DNA of 64,000 bases from Octopus sinensis (taxonomy: Eukaryota): NCBI RefSeq assembly GCF_006345805.1, contig NC_043012.1, positions 29,822,001 to 29,886,000 of the forward strand, in the 5' to 3' direction. Positions 13,461 through 27,800 of this stretch are shown piece after piece. The position numbers were made by a program, and so were the translations under genes. The stretch's first letter is position 1; each line of letters begins with the position of its first letter. A model generated the notes under the pieces. That model was not told where the DNA came from, ran no database searches, and saw only the letters and a program-made list of their open reading frames with translations.

Positions 13461-16400
13461 ACACCAGAGAGATTTGTCAACAAAAGTTTATTAGGGACAA
13501 ACATCTATATGTCGTGTATCTGTTGTTATTAACTTGATATCTAACGGGGTCCCTAATTGACTTTTGGAATTAGGAGCTTCTCCACTATAGCCACTTGCTG
13601 TAGCTTAAGCGTTCATTTAAAATAATACATGTCAATGTATTTAATAATAAATATTTGAACTTCATTAAACGAATATTAATATATTTGATGCAGAGAATAT
13701 TTAATACCGTTCGTTTCTTTAATTTGCCAATTTACCATTAATTTAGGATTGTACTAAATATAATCACAATAATAATTATTTCTAAGATAAACACAAGGCC
13801 ATACATTTCGGGTTTGTAGGTATAGAGACGATGCGAGGAGAGTAGAGTGGTTGTGTAGACATTTTGTGTCATGTGGATGTATGTGACATTGAGGTGGCAG
13901 CCGTGCCATGTTGTAGTGAGGACGTGTGACTGTGTACTTGTCATATGGACTGTGGAGGTGAGAGGCTAGGGCTGACATTAGGCTACACAGCAGCACGTTT
14001 TGGTCTTAACCAAAAAGACTGAGAATATACAACACTCGACCACACAACCACCTATACAACTGTGTGAGTGCTTCACGCGTGGCTTTGTGGTTAGGGGTAT
14101 GCGGCTCAGGATTGCAAGGTCGTGATTTCGATTCTCGGCGGCGCTTGTTGTCATTGAGCAAGACGTTTTATTTCACATTGTTCCCGTCCACTCAGCTGGC
14201 ATCATTTTTTTTTTTTTTTTTGGTGATCATTCGGTACTAGTTACATAGCTGTCACTTATAAACCCAAGTGGGGTTTATTTACATTTCTGAAGAAAAAAGA
14301 AACCCGAACCCGAACCCCACATATATAAAAATAAAATTTTTATGGAAAGTGACGATCTTCTTCAAATGTAAACAAATACACGTGATGTAAAGGGACTCAT
14401 ATCGAAAGAATGCCTGTTTTTTTTTTCGTTGATGGTGAGAACAAAGATTAATACAGTGTGGCAAACCACCTCGGGTGACAAAATACGTCGGGCTTCCCGG
14501 ACCGGGCTGTGTGTTGTGTTTTTGAGCAAGACACTTTATTTCACGTTGCTCCAGTTCATTCATCTGTAGAAATGAGTTGCAACATCACTGGTGCCCAGCT
14601 GTGTCTGCCCCTTTGCCTTGGATAATATCGGTGGCGTGTAGAGGAGAGGCTGGTGTGCATGGACGACTGCTGGTCTTCCATAAACAACCTTGCCCAGACT
14701 TATGCCGCGGAGGGTAACTTTCTAGGTGCAATCCCATGGTCATTCATGACCGAAGGGGGTCTTTACCCTTTTACGCGTGTCTGTGGAGTACTCAGCCACT
14801 TGCACGTTGATTTTGTAATAACTGACAGAATGCCAGTCTCTTCCTTACTACAGCTTTACAACCGATATTGGTTTGTTTACGTTCCCGTAACTTAACGATT
14901 CAGCAAAAGCAACTGAGAGAATAAGTGCTTGGCTTGAAAAAAAGAGTACTGGAGTCGATCTGTTTCACTAAAGCCATCAAGGTGGTTCCCCAGCATGGCC
15001 GCAGTCCAATGACTGAAGCAAAAGATAAAGAGGGAGAAAAATAGTAAAAAGAACAGACTTTTTGATCAATTCTAAAATTGTAATTAATAAGTGAAGTCCA
15101 GCACAGCTCCCAGACTAAACCCACAAAACCCCATTCATTTGGGTGTCTTTGTTATGAGTGTGAAGACTAATTGGGCCCCTTGGGTTAACATCGGTCACTA
15201 GGAATTGGCTTTGAGGCAAATCCTCAGGCTATGGTCGTTGGGATCTCTTTACAGGCTGGGCAGTGATCACATCCATGTCACATGCCTGGAAAGAGGACCC
15301 TAGAAAAGTTACTGGCCTCCACCACTGAATACTTTTTAATTAACCAAAATAAATAAGAATAAAAATAAAATCGGTGTGTCTGTGGTTGTGTGGTAAGAAG
15401 CTTGCTCCCCAAGCATATTGTTTTGGGTTCAGTCCCACAGCATGGCACTCCAGGCAAGTGTCTTCCATTCTAGCCCCAGGCCAACAAAGCCTTGCGAGAG
15501 GATTTGATAAATAGAAACTGAAAGAAGCCCACCTGTGTTTATGTTTGTCCCCCACTACAGCTTGACAACCAGTGTTGGTTTGTTTATGTGCCCCATAACA
15601 TATCAATTTGACAAAAGAGACCAACAAAATAAGAGCTAGACTTTAAAATAAATATTGGGGTCGATTTGTTCAACCGGAAACTCTTCAAGGCAGTGCCCCA
15701 GCATGGCCACGGTTCAATTACTGAAACAAGTAGAAGATGGAATCATCTTCAGCAAAATAACCTCTCAAAGAATTAAATTAGAAAATATTAAAACAAAAAC
15801 AAAAAACTGTTGAGTGTCTCTAATTCTAACAAAATAAAACATCATCATCATCGGTTGGATGGTTTCACGGGATCCAACAAGTGAACTAACTGCACCGAGA
15901 TCCAGTGCCTGCTTTGGCATGGTTACTATGGCTCGATACCCTCCCTAATGCCAACCACTTTACAGTGTGTACTCGGTGCTTTTCTTAGTAACGCTGCCGC
16001 CAGTGAGGTCACCTGCTTTCAAGAGAAAGGCAAAGGAAACCCAAAAAAACCCCTCCCCTTCAACATCTGGCATAAAACCGTCCCTTTCTCTACTACAGCC
16101 CCACTCAATTATTTCTAAGAAAAAAATGTTTTTTCTATAATGTCTGGGAGTCACAACTTGTTCTTATGATTCCTGTCAAATCTTTTCTCCAAACTGTGTT
16201 GAAAAATCTTGAAAATGTTTTTTCTTATCTCATAATTAACAAATCCAGATTCCTGAACCTTTGTTGGTTTTAAATAAATCCAAAAATAACAACTTACTCA
16301 ATCATAGCCATAAAACGTGTTTTAGTCTTCACCTGATTTTATTATTTCTTGTTTGTTGAACTGCTATGTTACAGGACATAAAGAGACAATATAAACACAT

Positions 16401-16462
16401 CACTCACTCTCTTTCTGTATATATGTGTGTGTGTGCGTACGTGCGTGCGTGTGTACACACAC

Positions 16463-16530
<68 letters not shown>

Positions 16531-17459
16531 TTTAACGATGAGGATTTTGTTGAACGATCAACTGAGTTATCAACTAACGTATAACTGGCTGAGTATTCCA
16601 CAGACACATGTACCCTTAACTTAATTCTTTGACAAAGTCAGTCTGACAATATGTTGACAAAGCCGTACCTTTTAAATTAAGGGTAGAATACAATTCGCAT
16701 CAACACAATTTCATTCACACGGTAGGTGGGAAAGCCGAGGCTGTAGGAAATATTTGCCTAAGATACCAAGCAGTAGGATTGAACCTGGGACCACATAGTT
16801 GCGAAGTGAGCTTGTTAGCCAATTGGCCGTGTGTGTGCATATACGACGGGGCTTCTGCGCAGTTTCCAAATCTAAAATTCTACTCACAAAATATTGCTCA
16901 ACACAAGGTTTAACAAAAATGTCCTTCGCCTAAGAATCAAATGGTTACACAACAATCATTTTAACCACACGGCTATACCCGCAACTCGGGGTTTGGTTTC
17001 ATTTTATTTATTCATTTTGTCAATAATAAATCAATAATCATCTCTAAAGTTTGTACAATGCTAGAAACTTGGAGGTGAAGGTTTAATTGATTAAATCGAT
17101 CCCGGTAACTTGACTGCTGTTTTATTTTATCAACGCTGAGAAGATGAAAGACAAATTTAGCCTCGGCGGAATTTGAACCCAGAGCGTAATGGGTCATAAC
17201 TAAATACAGCAAGGCATTTTTGTCGGGAACAAAACCATTTGAGTTTGTGCGTGTGATTAAGTTTAAACTGAGAATACATACAACAAGAATACATACAGTA
17301 GTAAAAACTTACGGACTACTTTTCTTGTCGAAAGTTTTAGTAGATACATATGTGTTTATTCGCGGAACATTTCAATGCTGGAGTAGTTCACTGATCGACA
17401 CCGGTTGACCGGGTTTCGCCTTACGTAAAGATTTTGTCAAACCCGACCGCCGGACGGAG

Positions 17460-17568
17460 ATGCCTGTCGACCACATCTGGATGTTTCCAAATAAACCGAG
17501 CAGGTTGTGGAGTATTTCTTCTAAGATTGTGCTCTCTCTCGTCGGATCTACAAGTAAACTATGGACAG
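17460..17568 (+). CDS. TAFAZZIN: Tafazzin exon 1
   Basis: [36 protein letters not shown], resembles the tafazzin N-terminus; 109 nt, GT donor. Confidence 0.9.
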
Positions 17569-18789
17569 GTGTGTTTATGTATAACCTCTTTCTTCTGGAC
17601 ATGTCCTTGCCTTTCTCAAAGCAAAAGGTTTCCCTAAATCCCTTCGAAAACTTCAAACCATTAATCTTCCTCTTAAAGACATGTCCTTTTCTTGTTTCTT
17701 ACTTGTACGCTTATTTAATGGCATTTAGATTATGTCTTGTGTGTGATCTTTGTTTCACTTAATTTTCATCATCTCGTGATGCATATTATGTGTGTGTGTG
17801 TGTTACAATAACAAAATGTACATTTTACGTAAACGGAAACATTACACGCACAGACACACGACCGAATAATGAAATGACAGAATTAACAATTAACTCGCAA
17901 TAAATATATGGTGTGTATTAAAACTAAAGACTAACATTTACACAAACAAAACCATCACACACACACTATTAATTCTCGTCAGCGATGAAAGTAAAGGTTA
18001 AACCCTGATTCAGCAAATTTGTAACTAAATGCTTCTTCATCAAAGGGCATAGTGCCATGACCATCTCGTCTCCGATTATTGTCATTATTATTTCCCTAAG
18101 CAGGTATACAAAGGATTACATCAAACAGTATTTCTTAATTTTAAGAGGGCGAGGTTTGAAGTTGTTTTGGATGTTATTTCTACGACGGCGAACGATCGCA
18201 TAGAACAGGGGTTCTTAACTAGGGCGGTGGATACCCATATCCTCTAGGGATATTAGACAGACTTGGTCTCTAATGATTTCAAAATAACAAAATCTTTATA
18301 ATATTCTTTCCTCTTTATCCATTTGTAAAATAAAACCAAGCTATTGACTTCGTTGGAGTTATACAGGCAACTTATAGAGTTGATGCTATCGGTGGTGATG
18401 TTGGGGTAGATCAGACAAGCCTTTGAATATTTGGAATAATAAATGGTTTAGAACCTCGGCTTTTCCCCTTAGGTTCGTAGAGAGAATTCATTCACACTGG
18501 AGATAAACTACTGGATTTAACAAGGAACCATTCGCTCTATCTACTTTCCTTCTCAGCACATCTTTTACACGAGCTTCTACTCTCTCTAGACATTATGATT
18601 ACTGGTGTATATTGATTTTACACCATTCTGAATGCCACTCAGTATTTTCTCTGTATTTTCTCCGGGTACCACGAAAGCGAAGGAATTTAACTCGTCAAAA
18701 AGTAGGTGTTGTCCAGGAGAAAGAGTGAAAGTATTCTCCATGCCATACAAAATAGCAAAAAGGAAAGGGAACGAACGTAAAATAATGGG

Positions 18790-18870
<81 letters not shown>

Positions 18871-21800
18871 AGAAAGAGAGAGAGAGAAAAGCGGGGACTG
18901 TTGAGAATAAAACATTTAGTGTAATGTCATTGAAATTGGATCCAGCAAATATTTTGATTATATTCCGACTTAACACCAGCTAAAACTTGGCCTATCAACC
19001 ATACTGTCTAAGTGTGTCGAATGCTGAAAGAAAAGCGTTCGTTCGTTGTTTGTATTTTTAATTTTAAAAATCATAAGCCTTTCACTTCTCGCTCATGAAA
19101 ACAGTTTTTGACCTGAAAAACACCTGACAAGGTTAATTGCTTTTATTTTAATGGTTCCCTGAGCACGAAGAAGCCCCAGTTTCTCTTAATTTTTCTTATA
19201 TTTTGTATATAAACTTCAATTTGTAATTTTACACTCACCTACCCTATCGTATTTTGATATATTTATTAGTTTTTTTCTCCACCCCCAATGGCATGGGAAG
19301 ATGACCCGATGAATCTGGCTTTACATAGTCGCTTCACCTGTTAGAAATAGCATCTAAATCTCCCCCCCCCCAAAAAAAAGTAGGGGGAAAGATAAAAACG
19401 GTGTATAATATCCAGAGTTCATAATTCCTTGTCGTGAATGCTTTTGGTCATATATGGCTGCCGCTCCATTAAGGGTGGCTTGGAGATAAACAACAGTCTT
19501 GAGAGAAGGTCACTCAGCATTTGTTTCTCGCCTTGTTTCTAAATAAATAAGAAGCCTGGTGATAAAGAAATGTACTGTTTAACCCTAGGTTAATCTTGAT
19601 CCAGTAGACCTGTGAGCAAAGTTTTTCCACTCTAATTTATCACTTATATTTCACTTGTTGTTTAACCACAGGTCAGTCGTGATCCCATAGACCTATCATA
19701 AAAAATGTTCCACTCCGATCTATTACTCACACACACTCCACTGTTGTTTACTTAATGACTCATAGGTAAACAACGTCAGCTCTGTCTGTGTATGCATGTA
19801 TATGTATATATATGTATCCTTAAAAATGTTTTAGCCCGAAGGCCGCGGCCATGCTGGGGCACCAATATATGTATGTTGGTATATATATATATATATATAT
19901 ATGTTGGTATGTATGTATGCAGGAGCATTTCCACTATATGATGACATCAGGTAGCCAATAACTTTGGACGAGCTTTGCATAGCATTCTACAAGATTTTTT
20001 TACCTGAATCTTTTTTAACCATAAATATAATTCTGATTAAGTTTGAATACAAAGACGAGATTTAGTATTATTGTAAATATGTTTTGATAAAAAAAAATTT
20101 TTTTTAACTGTTTATCTGCTTAACAGGTAACAAAGTTAACTTGTGTATTGCGTATCATATGAACGGTGAAATATTATTTTTACGTTTCTGACACAGCAAA
20201 ATACATCAATATTTCATAAAGTCAGTTTTCTTAGACATCGTTTTATAATAGGTCCCAGGCGTTATAAAGATAGAGCTTGACTCAGTTTCCATGGTGACAA
20301 AGATCGCAACACTTCCCCAACCCCTGGATGGGACTTGGGCCCCATTGAAGGTTGGTCACTTCCCTCTCTGATTTGTTGATGATAATGACGAGGAATACAT
20401 GGGGTTTTTTTTGTATTTTGCTTTGTTGTAGATTGTCTGAATTCGTTTAACATCGTCAATAAAGATATCTTGTACGATGCCATTGAGAAGAGACCAGTTA
20501 ACCAAGGTTTAGTCACAGTTAGTAACCATTACAGCTGCATTGATGAACCGGTCCTGTGGGGTGAGTAACACACTTTCAGTATTTAACTGAGAGTTGATGG
20601 ATGTGTGTGTGTGTGTCTTTCATCTAAGCGGTTGACTGAATGTGCAGGTGTGCGTAAGATGTGTGATAGAAAACTAGATAACACTCGGTATTATATGCCT
20701 CTTGTTGCTGTTGCTGAGTCACATGAGCCTGCTATTGAGTCATCTGAGTCTCCTGTTGAGTCCTGTGAGCCTCTTGCTGTTGTTGAGTCAGATGAGCTTT
20801 TTGTTGCTGAGTCACCTGAGCCTCTCGTTGCTGTTGTTGAGTCACCTGAGCCTCTCGTTGCTGCTGTTGAGTCACCTGAGCCTCTCGTTGCTGCTGTTGA
20901 GTCACCTGAGCCTCTCGTTGCTGCTGTTGAGTCATCTGAGCTGAACTTCGTAGTTGAAGTTCATGTTTGTTTGAGTGATGTCTCATAGCTTAATATGAAG
21001 GAAGCCCTTTTTTTTATTAATGGATGCTCTTCCCATCACCAGCCCTTTCAGGTTTTACAAGAGTGTTTTTATTTCACTACTCTGAGAACATGTCATAGCT
21101 ATGACTTTAAACTGCACCCAGTCATGGAGCCCTACTTTGGGACTTCCTGGGTTTTAAGAAATGTGAAACCGCCTCTTGGGGTGGGGAGTGTACATGAGGC
21201 TAGGCTCTTGATTCTGGAATCAGCCCAGACACAGCAGAGGTGGTTCAGTTACTGTCTCTATAGTACCATCAATTAACGACCAAAGAAGGCCAACCTCTTT
21301 CAGAGTGTAAAGCTATGAGGTGTAACGTTCATCAAGAATGTAAATGCAACATAATTTTTTTCTCACAGGCAATCTCAAGTCGATAAAATATCTTAAATGC
21401 ATCATCCAAGTATTGGTGTTAGTCTGCTGTATTTGATGGCATATTAGATGCTCTGTTTTTCCCCAAAAATGTCTCAAAAAATCATCCCAGATCCTAGATG
21501 CAAAGTTGAGCCTCCCATAAGCTAATTTTGTTCCCAACCCTCACAACTTTTGGCCAATTATTGGAATTTCTTGCTTTTTATAGACATAGTTATGTTTTCT
21601 GTTATAATTCAGTTTCTTTTATAATGTCCTGTCCAATCACTTTAAATAAATGAAACTTTTGGCACAAGGCCTGCAATTTGAAGGGAGGGGGTCAGTTGAT
21701 TCCATTGACTCCAGTGCGCAACTGGTACTTATTTGACTCTGGAAGAAAGAAAGGCAAAGTTTACATTGGTGGAATTTGAACTCAGAACATCTACAGGAAA

Positions 21801-24800
21801 TACTGGTAAGCTTTAGATACTAAATGCTTTAATGCACCAAAATCTTCTTTTTCTGAATATGTCCTAAGGAAATTGAGGTGCATCTAATATGCCTGTCTAT
21901 TTTTCATGCCATCAAATGCAAGTGCCCCAGCATGGTCAGTCCAATTAATGAAACCAATAAAAAAAAAAATACAAAGAGTTTAGCTGACACTTGACTGAAT
22001 GACAATTAACCATTCTTGGCTTAATTGAAATATCTGGTGTGTCTTTTGCAGGAATCCTGAAGTGGAGGTATTTGATTGGTGGTCGGAACATCCGATGGAC
22101 ATTAGGAGCTGACAATATTTGCTTCACAAAGTATTGGCATTCCTTATTCTTCAGTCTTGGACGTGTGGTGCCAGTATGTCGAGGGGAAGGAGTTTACCAA
22201 AAGAGTTTAGACTTTGTTTTAGATCAGTTGAATGCAGGTCAGTGGCTACACATGTTTCCCGAAGGTATGTTGTCATGGTTACTGTTGTTGTTGTCATTTT
22301 TACTCTTGTTAATGTTATTGCTACTTTTACTCTCTCTTTTTTCTCCTTATTTCTTCTTTTCAGGAAGAGTAAACCTTTCCAAAGAATTTATGCGACTGAA
22401 ATGGGGTGAGTTGTTCTCATTGCATTGCGTCTTTGTTTTGGTGTGAGGTGGATTGACGTGAAAATTTAGACATTAACATGTAGACAGTCCCATTCACTAT
22501 CCCCACCATTCTTACCATCATCATCATCATCACCATTGTTTTAATGCCTGTTTTCCCACGTTGTCTTTGGTGGAAGTGCTGTATGGTTCTCTCATATTCC
22601 TTGATTGTGTATCACCTCACTCACCCAAAGCTTCCAGGTTAGATATGAACCCTTTACCACTTTGTTCTGGTTTACCTTTATATTCTGACTTCAACTCACA
22701 GCAGTTGTTTACTTGGCTTCTCTCTTGTTTTCACATTTTATCAAAATATTCACCTTTCCTGCTATTTTACCACTTCATTTGCATTACATATCATAATCTA
22801 TCCTCAATACATTTATCTACAGTCTTTGAAGACCCTCTGCATTCACTGCTTATATTCCTCCACCACCCTCACACACAATCACACGTACACACTCCTTCAT
22901 ATATATGGATCAGGCATCCACCACATTTTGTCCTCCATGTTCATTGTCCATCTTTCACTACCACACATCCTGCATCTTGGCATAAAAGCATTGATCTAAA
23001 AACAGTGATATTTGTCGAGATCCTTGTCAATAAATCATTTTCTGGCCCGTTATTTTTGAAAACAAGTAGAATAAAAAAAAAATCTTTGAAAAACAGGTAT
23101 GGGTTGGTGACTGGAAAAGCATCCAGCTATAAGACAATGTCTCAATAATGGGTATTCGTCCAACCCTTTGCAAAAACAGACAAGTTTCATTCTCACTCAT
23201 TGTGCTCTATATTCCATGTCCATATTTCATCATTGTACACCTTTCATATCTTATACATGCACATACCATGTGTAGTCCCCGATATTCTCTGCTCATTACC
23301 CTACACCATCAAACAACTCCTTACACACATCACACAGTCCTCTTTATATACTGAGTATATATATATAAGTTCAGTAAAAATTTAGATTCAGATGAATATG
23401 ATACTTAAGTTAAAGGCACCAGAATTTTGCATGGTATTATCCTTATAAATCAAATGGGTGGAAAATGGAATAAGTATAAAAATGAATATTGTCAATTTAA
23501 TTAAAAAATTCCATATATGGCTGAAGATTGCTCTACGTTTTAAAACTGATGTTATACTTACATTGTTTGATTAAATGAAGTAGCATGAAACGATTGTACT
23601 GCGCTACCTTTGGATATCCTTGTTGCTTATTTTGATATATATATATATATCAAAATAAGCAACAAGGATATCCAAAGGTAGCGCAGTACAATCATATATA
23701 TATGACTTTAACTGCTGCTAGGGGCATTGTGTTTCGTTATGCAACCACAACATACTACAAAGCATTTTGCAAGTTTATCAGCCAACACTGTATCCAACTG
23801 GTGATATATAATGTATATCGGCTTTAATGTATTTATATTGATTTCCATGTTTTAATCTGATTGATTTTATTTTACTTCAGGTGTTGGACGTTTAATTGCA
23901 GACTGTAACAATAATTCTTTAGTTTTACCAATATGGTTGGTTGGTGAGTATATCACTTCTCAATGTCTTCATCCTTCTCTTTTATGGTTAGTTTTTGGAA
24001 AATCTTTGATAATGATCTATGCACCAGGACAATTTTTACTTGTGGGAAGGGTATAGTCAAAATGAATCAAATTCAATCTATTCAAGGAATAAAATATTTA
24101 GTCAAATCAAGTGTGATTTAAACTCATAGCCTTGACAGTAGAGAGCGAATAACTAGATGTCCATCTTCTTGAAAAATGTATTTGGTCATGAGGAATTATC
24201 TTAGTTGGAAACAAGTAAGGTGTTAGTGACAGGAAGGGTATTCAACTGTTGAAAATTTGCCACAATAAAACCCATTCAGCCCTTTGCGAGCATGGAAAAG
24301 TGGATGTTAAAATAATGACAACAATGATAATGATGATATATATATATATGTGCATGTGTTTGTATATATGACAGGGTGCTGAGCATTTCTTGGCTTTAAG
24401 GCTATTGCAAAAGGCCTGCCTGGAGGCCTAACCTTCTGAATTCTTTTGCAGGGCTTAGAAAAACTGGAGGACTGCTGCAATAAGTGTGTAAATCTGAGAG
24501 GAGAATTCATTGAATAAAATCATAATCAAGTGAAACCCCCCACCACTGTTTTTTCTTTTAGTCAAAGCCAGGAACTTTTCAGCACCTCCGAGTATATATG
24601 TATGTGGAAAGTATCTGGTAGATTGTTTTGCAGCCTTCATTCCAGACCCCTGCACTCAGTGTTCAAATACTACTGAAATCAACTTTGGGAGTCAATAAAG
24701 TTCCAACACCTATTCTTTTCCACCTCTTGGGTTTTCTTTTTCCCTTTCTGTTTGACCTTCTCTCCAGAACAGAGAGGGACAAACAGCTCCACCAGGTCCA

Positions 24801-27800
24801 AAGTTACCCAAAGCATGGCCTATGTCACTGCAGCCCTCCAGTGATTCCATCAACTGTTGAGGATCCAAAACGTGGCACATTTTAAATATATACACACATA
24901 CAGACATGCACACAATATTTATTTGCTGCTTCTGTAACTGTGTGTGATGTGCTTCAAGAACCATGATTCCAAAATATTACATATCATCATCATCATCATC
25001 ATCATCATTTAACGTCCTTTTCTCCATGCTGCCATGGGTTGGCCAGTTTGGCAAGAACAAACGAGCCAGACGGTTCTGCCAGACTCCATTTTTCTGCTTT
25101 GGCATCAGTTTTACACCTGTATGCCCTCCCTAATGTCAACCACATAATAGCGCATTCTGGGTGCTTTTTACACAGCAACAGCACTGGTGAGGTCTGTAAG
25201 TACCTGCAAAACCAGACCCATCAATTGAGCTGGGTAGAGAATATAAGTATTAGAAATTATGATGGATGGAGAGGAGCAGACGTCTTGAGGAAGGGGTGAG
25301 TACGTGGTTTGCCCACCTAGAAAGAGAAAGATGTGAGGCTCAGGTACAATGTAAATACGAAACGCGTGTATATATATATATATATATCAAACAGCAAATA
25401 CAAGTACAGGAGACATTCCCTCTCCATATTTTTAATTTGATACTCAAGGAAGAATGGAAAGAGTAAAACGTAGACCTTCAGATACAAGAGAAAGATCCAG
25501 GAGAAACTGAGAAGAAAAGGGTTTAAAAAAGTGGAGAACCAGGGAAAAAATGAACTTGGGATTCCATTCAAATATTTGGCACTATATAAATGTGCGTGAG
25601 ATTAAGCAAGACAGCAGGTGACATCGGTGAAATAGCTATTTAATAATCAAATTACCCAGTTATCTCCCTTGAACTTATTGCTGAAACGCACAGATTTAGT
25701 TTTTATGCTTAGCTTAGACAAATGTTGGGTTTTGCAACTGATTAGAGATTTGTGTTGTCTACTTAAATGTTTTGGTTTTGTACTTTATCAATGATTTGAC
25801 TTTTGTGTCCTGTTGAATGTTTGGTCTTGTACCAAATCAAATATTTCACCGTGTCCCTAGTTCCCTGCTTTGTACCAATTCCAACATACAATCTTGTGTC
25901 CAAGCACAAGTATTGTTTTTGGAATCCAAGATTTATTCACCCCCATCTCTTGTCAAAAAGAAGTCATTACCTTTCCTTTTAATCAGGAAGGAGGGACAGT
26001 ACCCATGATCCTGAGTAGGGATTCCAAAACTGGCAGGAGTGAGGAAGGAAACCATCCTGAAACCTGAGAGCTGTCTTGCAACAGGTGGCGGCATTAATCC
26101 AGGCAACAGATTAAGTCTATCTTCCAACTAGGAGGCCATGGCAGGATTTGAACTCAAAGCGCAAAGAGCTAGAATAAATCTCATAGTCATCCAGTCTGAT
26201 ATTCCTGCAGTTCCGCCAATTCCCTGCACTGAAGATGCACTTGTTTTTATTGACCCCAGAAATAATGAAAAGCAAAGTTGACCTTGGTGGGATTTGAACT
26301 CAGAACACAAAGAATCAGAACAAATATGCAAGGCATTTTATCCACCACTCTAACAACTTTGCCAATTCTCCATTACCATTTCCTTCAGTCGAATATGAAC
26401 TTTCTTGGGAGAATAATCCTATGGAATCTGCCCAAGATCTGGAAATGGTGGTTAATATGGTGCCACCATATTTCACTTGTATCACTTTCTCTCATTTTAA
26501 AGAATTAACTGACTTCGTAGCTAATTAATACTACATCCTCCCCCAAAGACAGGAGGGCCATGGTTGGAATAATTTTGGTTATAGATCTGTTTAATACTCT
26601 TGTTAATCTTTGCTATTCTTCATTTTTTGACCAATTCTCTTTAATTCTCATTGCAGGAATGGATTCTATTTTACCAAATAAAAAACCCTACATACCCAAA
26701 ATAGGAAAGGTCAGTCAGTACAGTTGTTGTTCCTCCTCCTCCTTTCGCATTGCTGCTCTTTCGTCATATAGTTTTGTTTCCTTAACTCTTTTTCCAATCA
26801 TGTTAGACGGAAGAAGTGGTGGTGGTGGTGGTAGTTATAGAAACGTGGTAGTAGTAGAGGTATTAGTGGGTTGGTGGAAGTAGTGGTAGTACTAGTGAAG
26901 GTGGTGGTGGGCATGCAGTGAGATGAGGGTGGGGATGGTGGTAGTTGTAGTCATTGTGGTCGTGGTGTTGGAAATGAGAATCCTTTCTACTGGGGGCACA
27001 AGGCCTGAAATTTGGGGCAAGTTGATTGCCTTGACCCCAGTGCTCAACTGGTACTTTATTTATTGGCCTTGAAAATGATGACAAAGTTGACCTTGGCAGA
27101 ATTTGAACTCAGAATGTGCAGATGGAAGAAACACCACTAGGCATTTTGTCCAGCATGCTAATGATTCTGTCTGCTACCCATCTTAAATAATAATAATTTC
27201 TACTATAGGTTCAAGGCCTGAAATTTTGGGGGAAGGAGTTAATCTGATTGCATTGATCCCAGTACGTAACTGGTACTTCTTTTATCTACCCCAAAAGGAT
27301 GAAAGGCAAAGTCAACTTTGGTAGAGTTTGCACTCAGAACAGAAAAGTGGAATAAATACTTGCTACGCATTTCGCCCAGCATGCTAACCATTCTGCCAAC
27401 TCACTGCCTTAATAATAATAATAATAATTATAATCCTTTCTACTGAAGGCACAAGGCCTGAACTTTGAGGGAAGGGAGTAGTCAATGTAATTGACCCCAG
27501 TGTTTCACTGGTACTTAATTTATCAATCCCGAAAGGATGAAAGGTAGAGTCAACCTTGGTGGAATTTGAACTCAGAACATACAGACAGACAAAATGCCAC
27601 AAAGCATTTTGTTCAGCATGCTAACGATTCTACCAGCTCGCTCCTTAATAATAATGATGATGATGATGTCGCTCTCTTTTATCTCTTCCTCTTCAGACTG
27701 TCACTGTATTAATTGGTGAACCTATCCAATTTAAATCAGATGTGCAACAACTACAGAATGCCGGTAAAAATGCTGTAAGTACCCTCTTGTCTGTGTTATG

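Noticed and set aside
13816-14058. Possible solo LTR (TGTAGGT...ACCTATACA)
   Set aside because: No matching target-site duplication and no second copy in the window; cannot be supported without a search.
17372-17656. 94-aa minus-strand ORF suggesting a small gene
   Set aside because: Overlaps tafazzin exon 1 in antisense, has a non-ATG start and no recognisable homology.
18340-18790. Possible nested minus-strand gene or old L1/Tx1 fragment in tafazzin intron 1
   Set aside because: Only a faint LRGKAEVLN resemblance, many stops, and no coherent splice structure.
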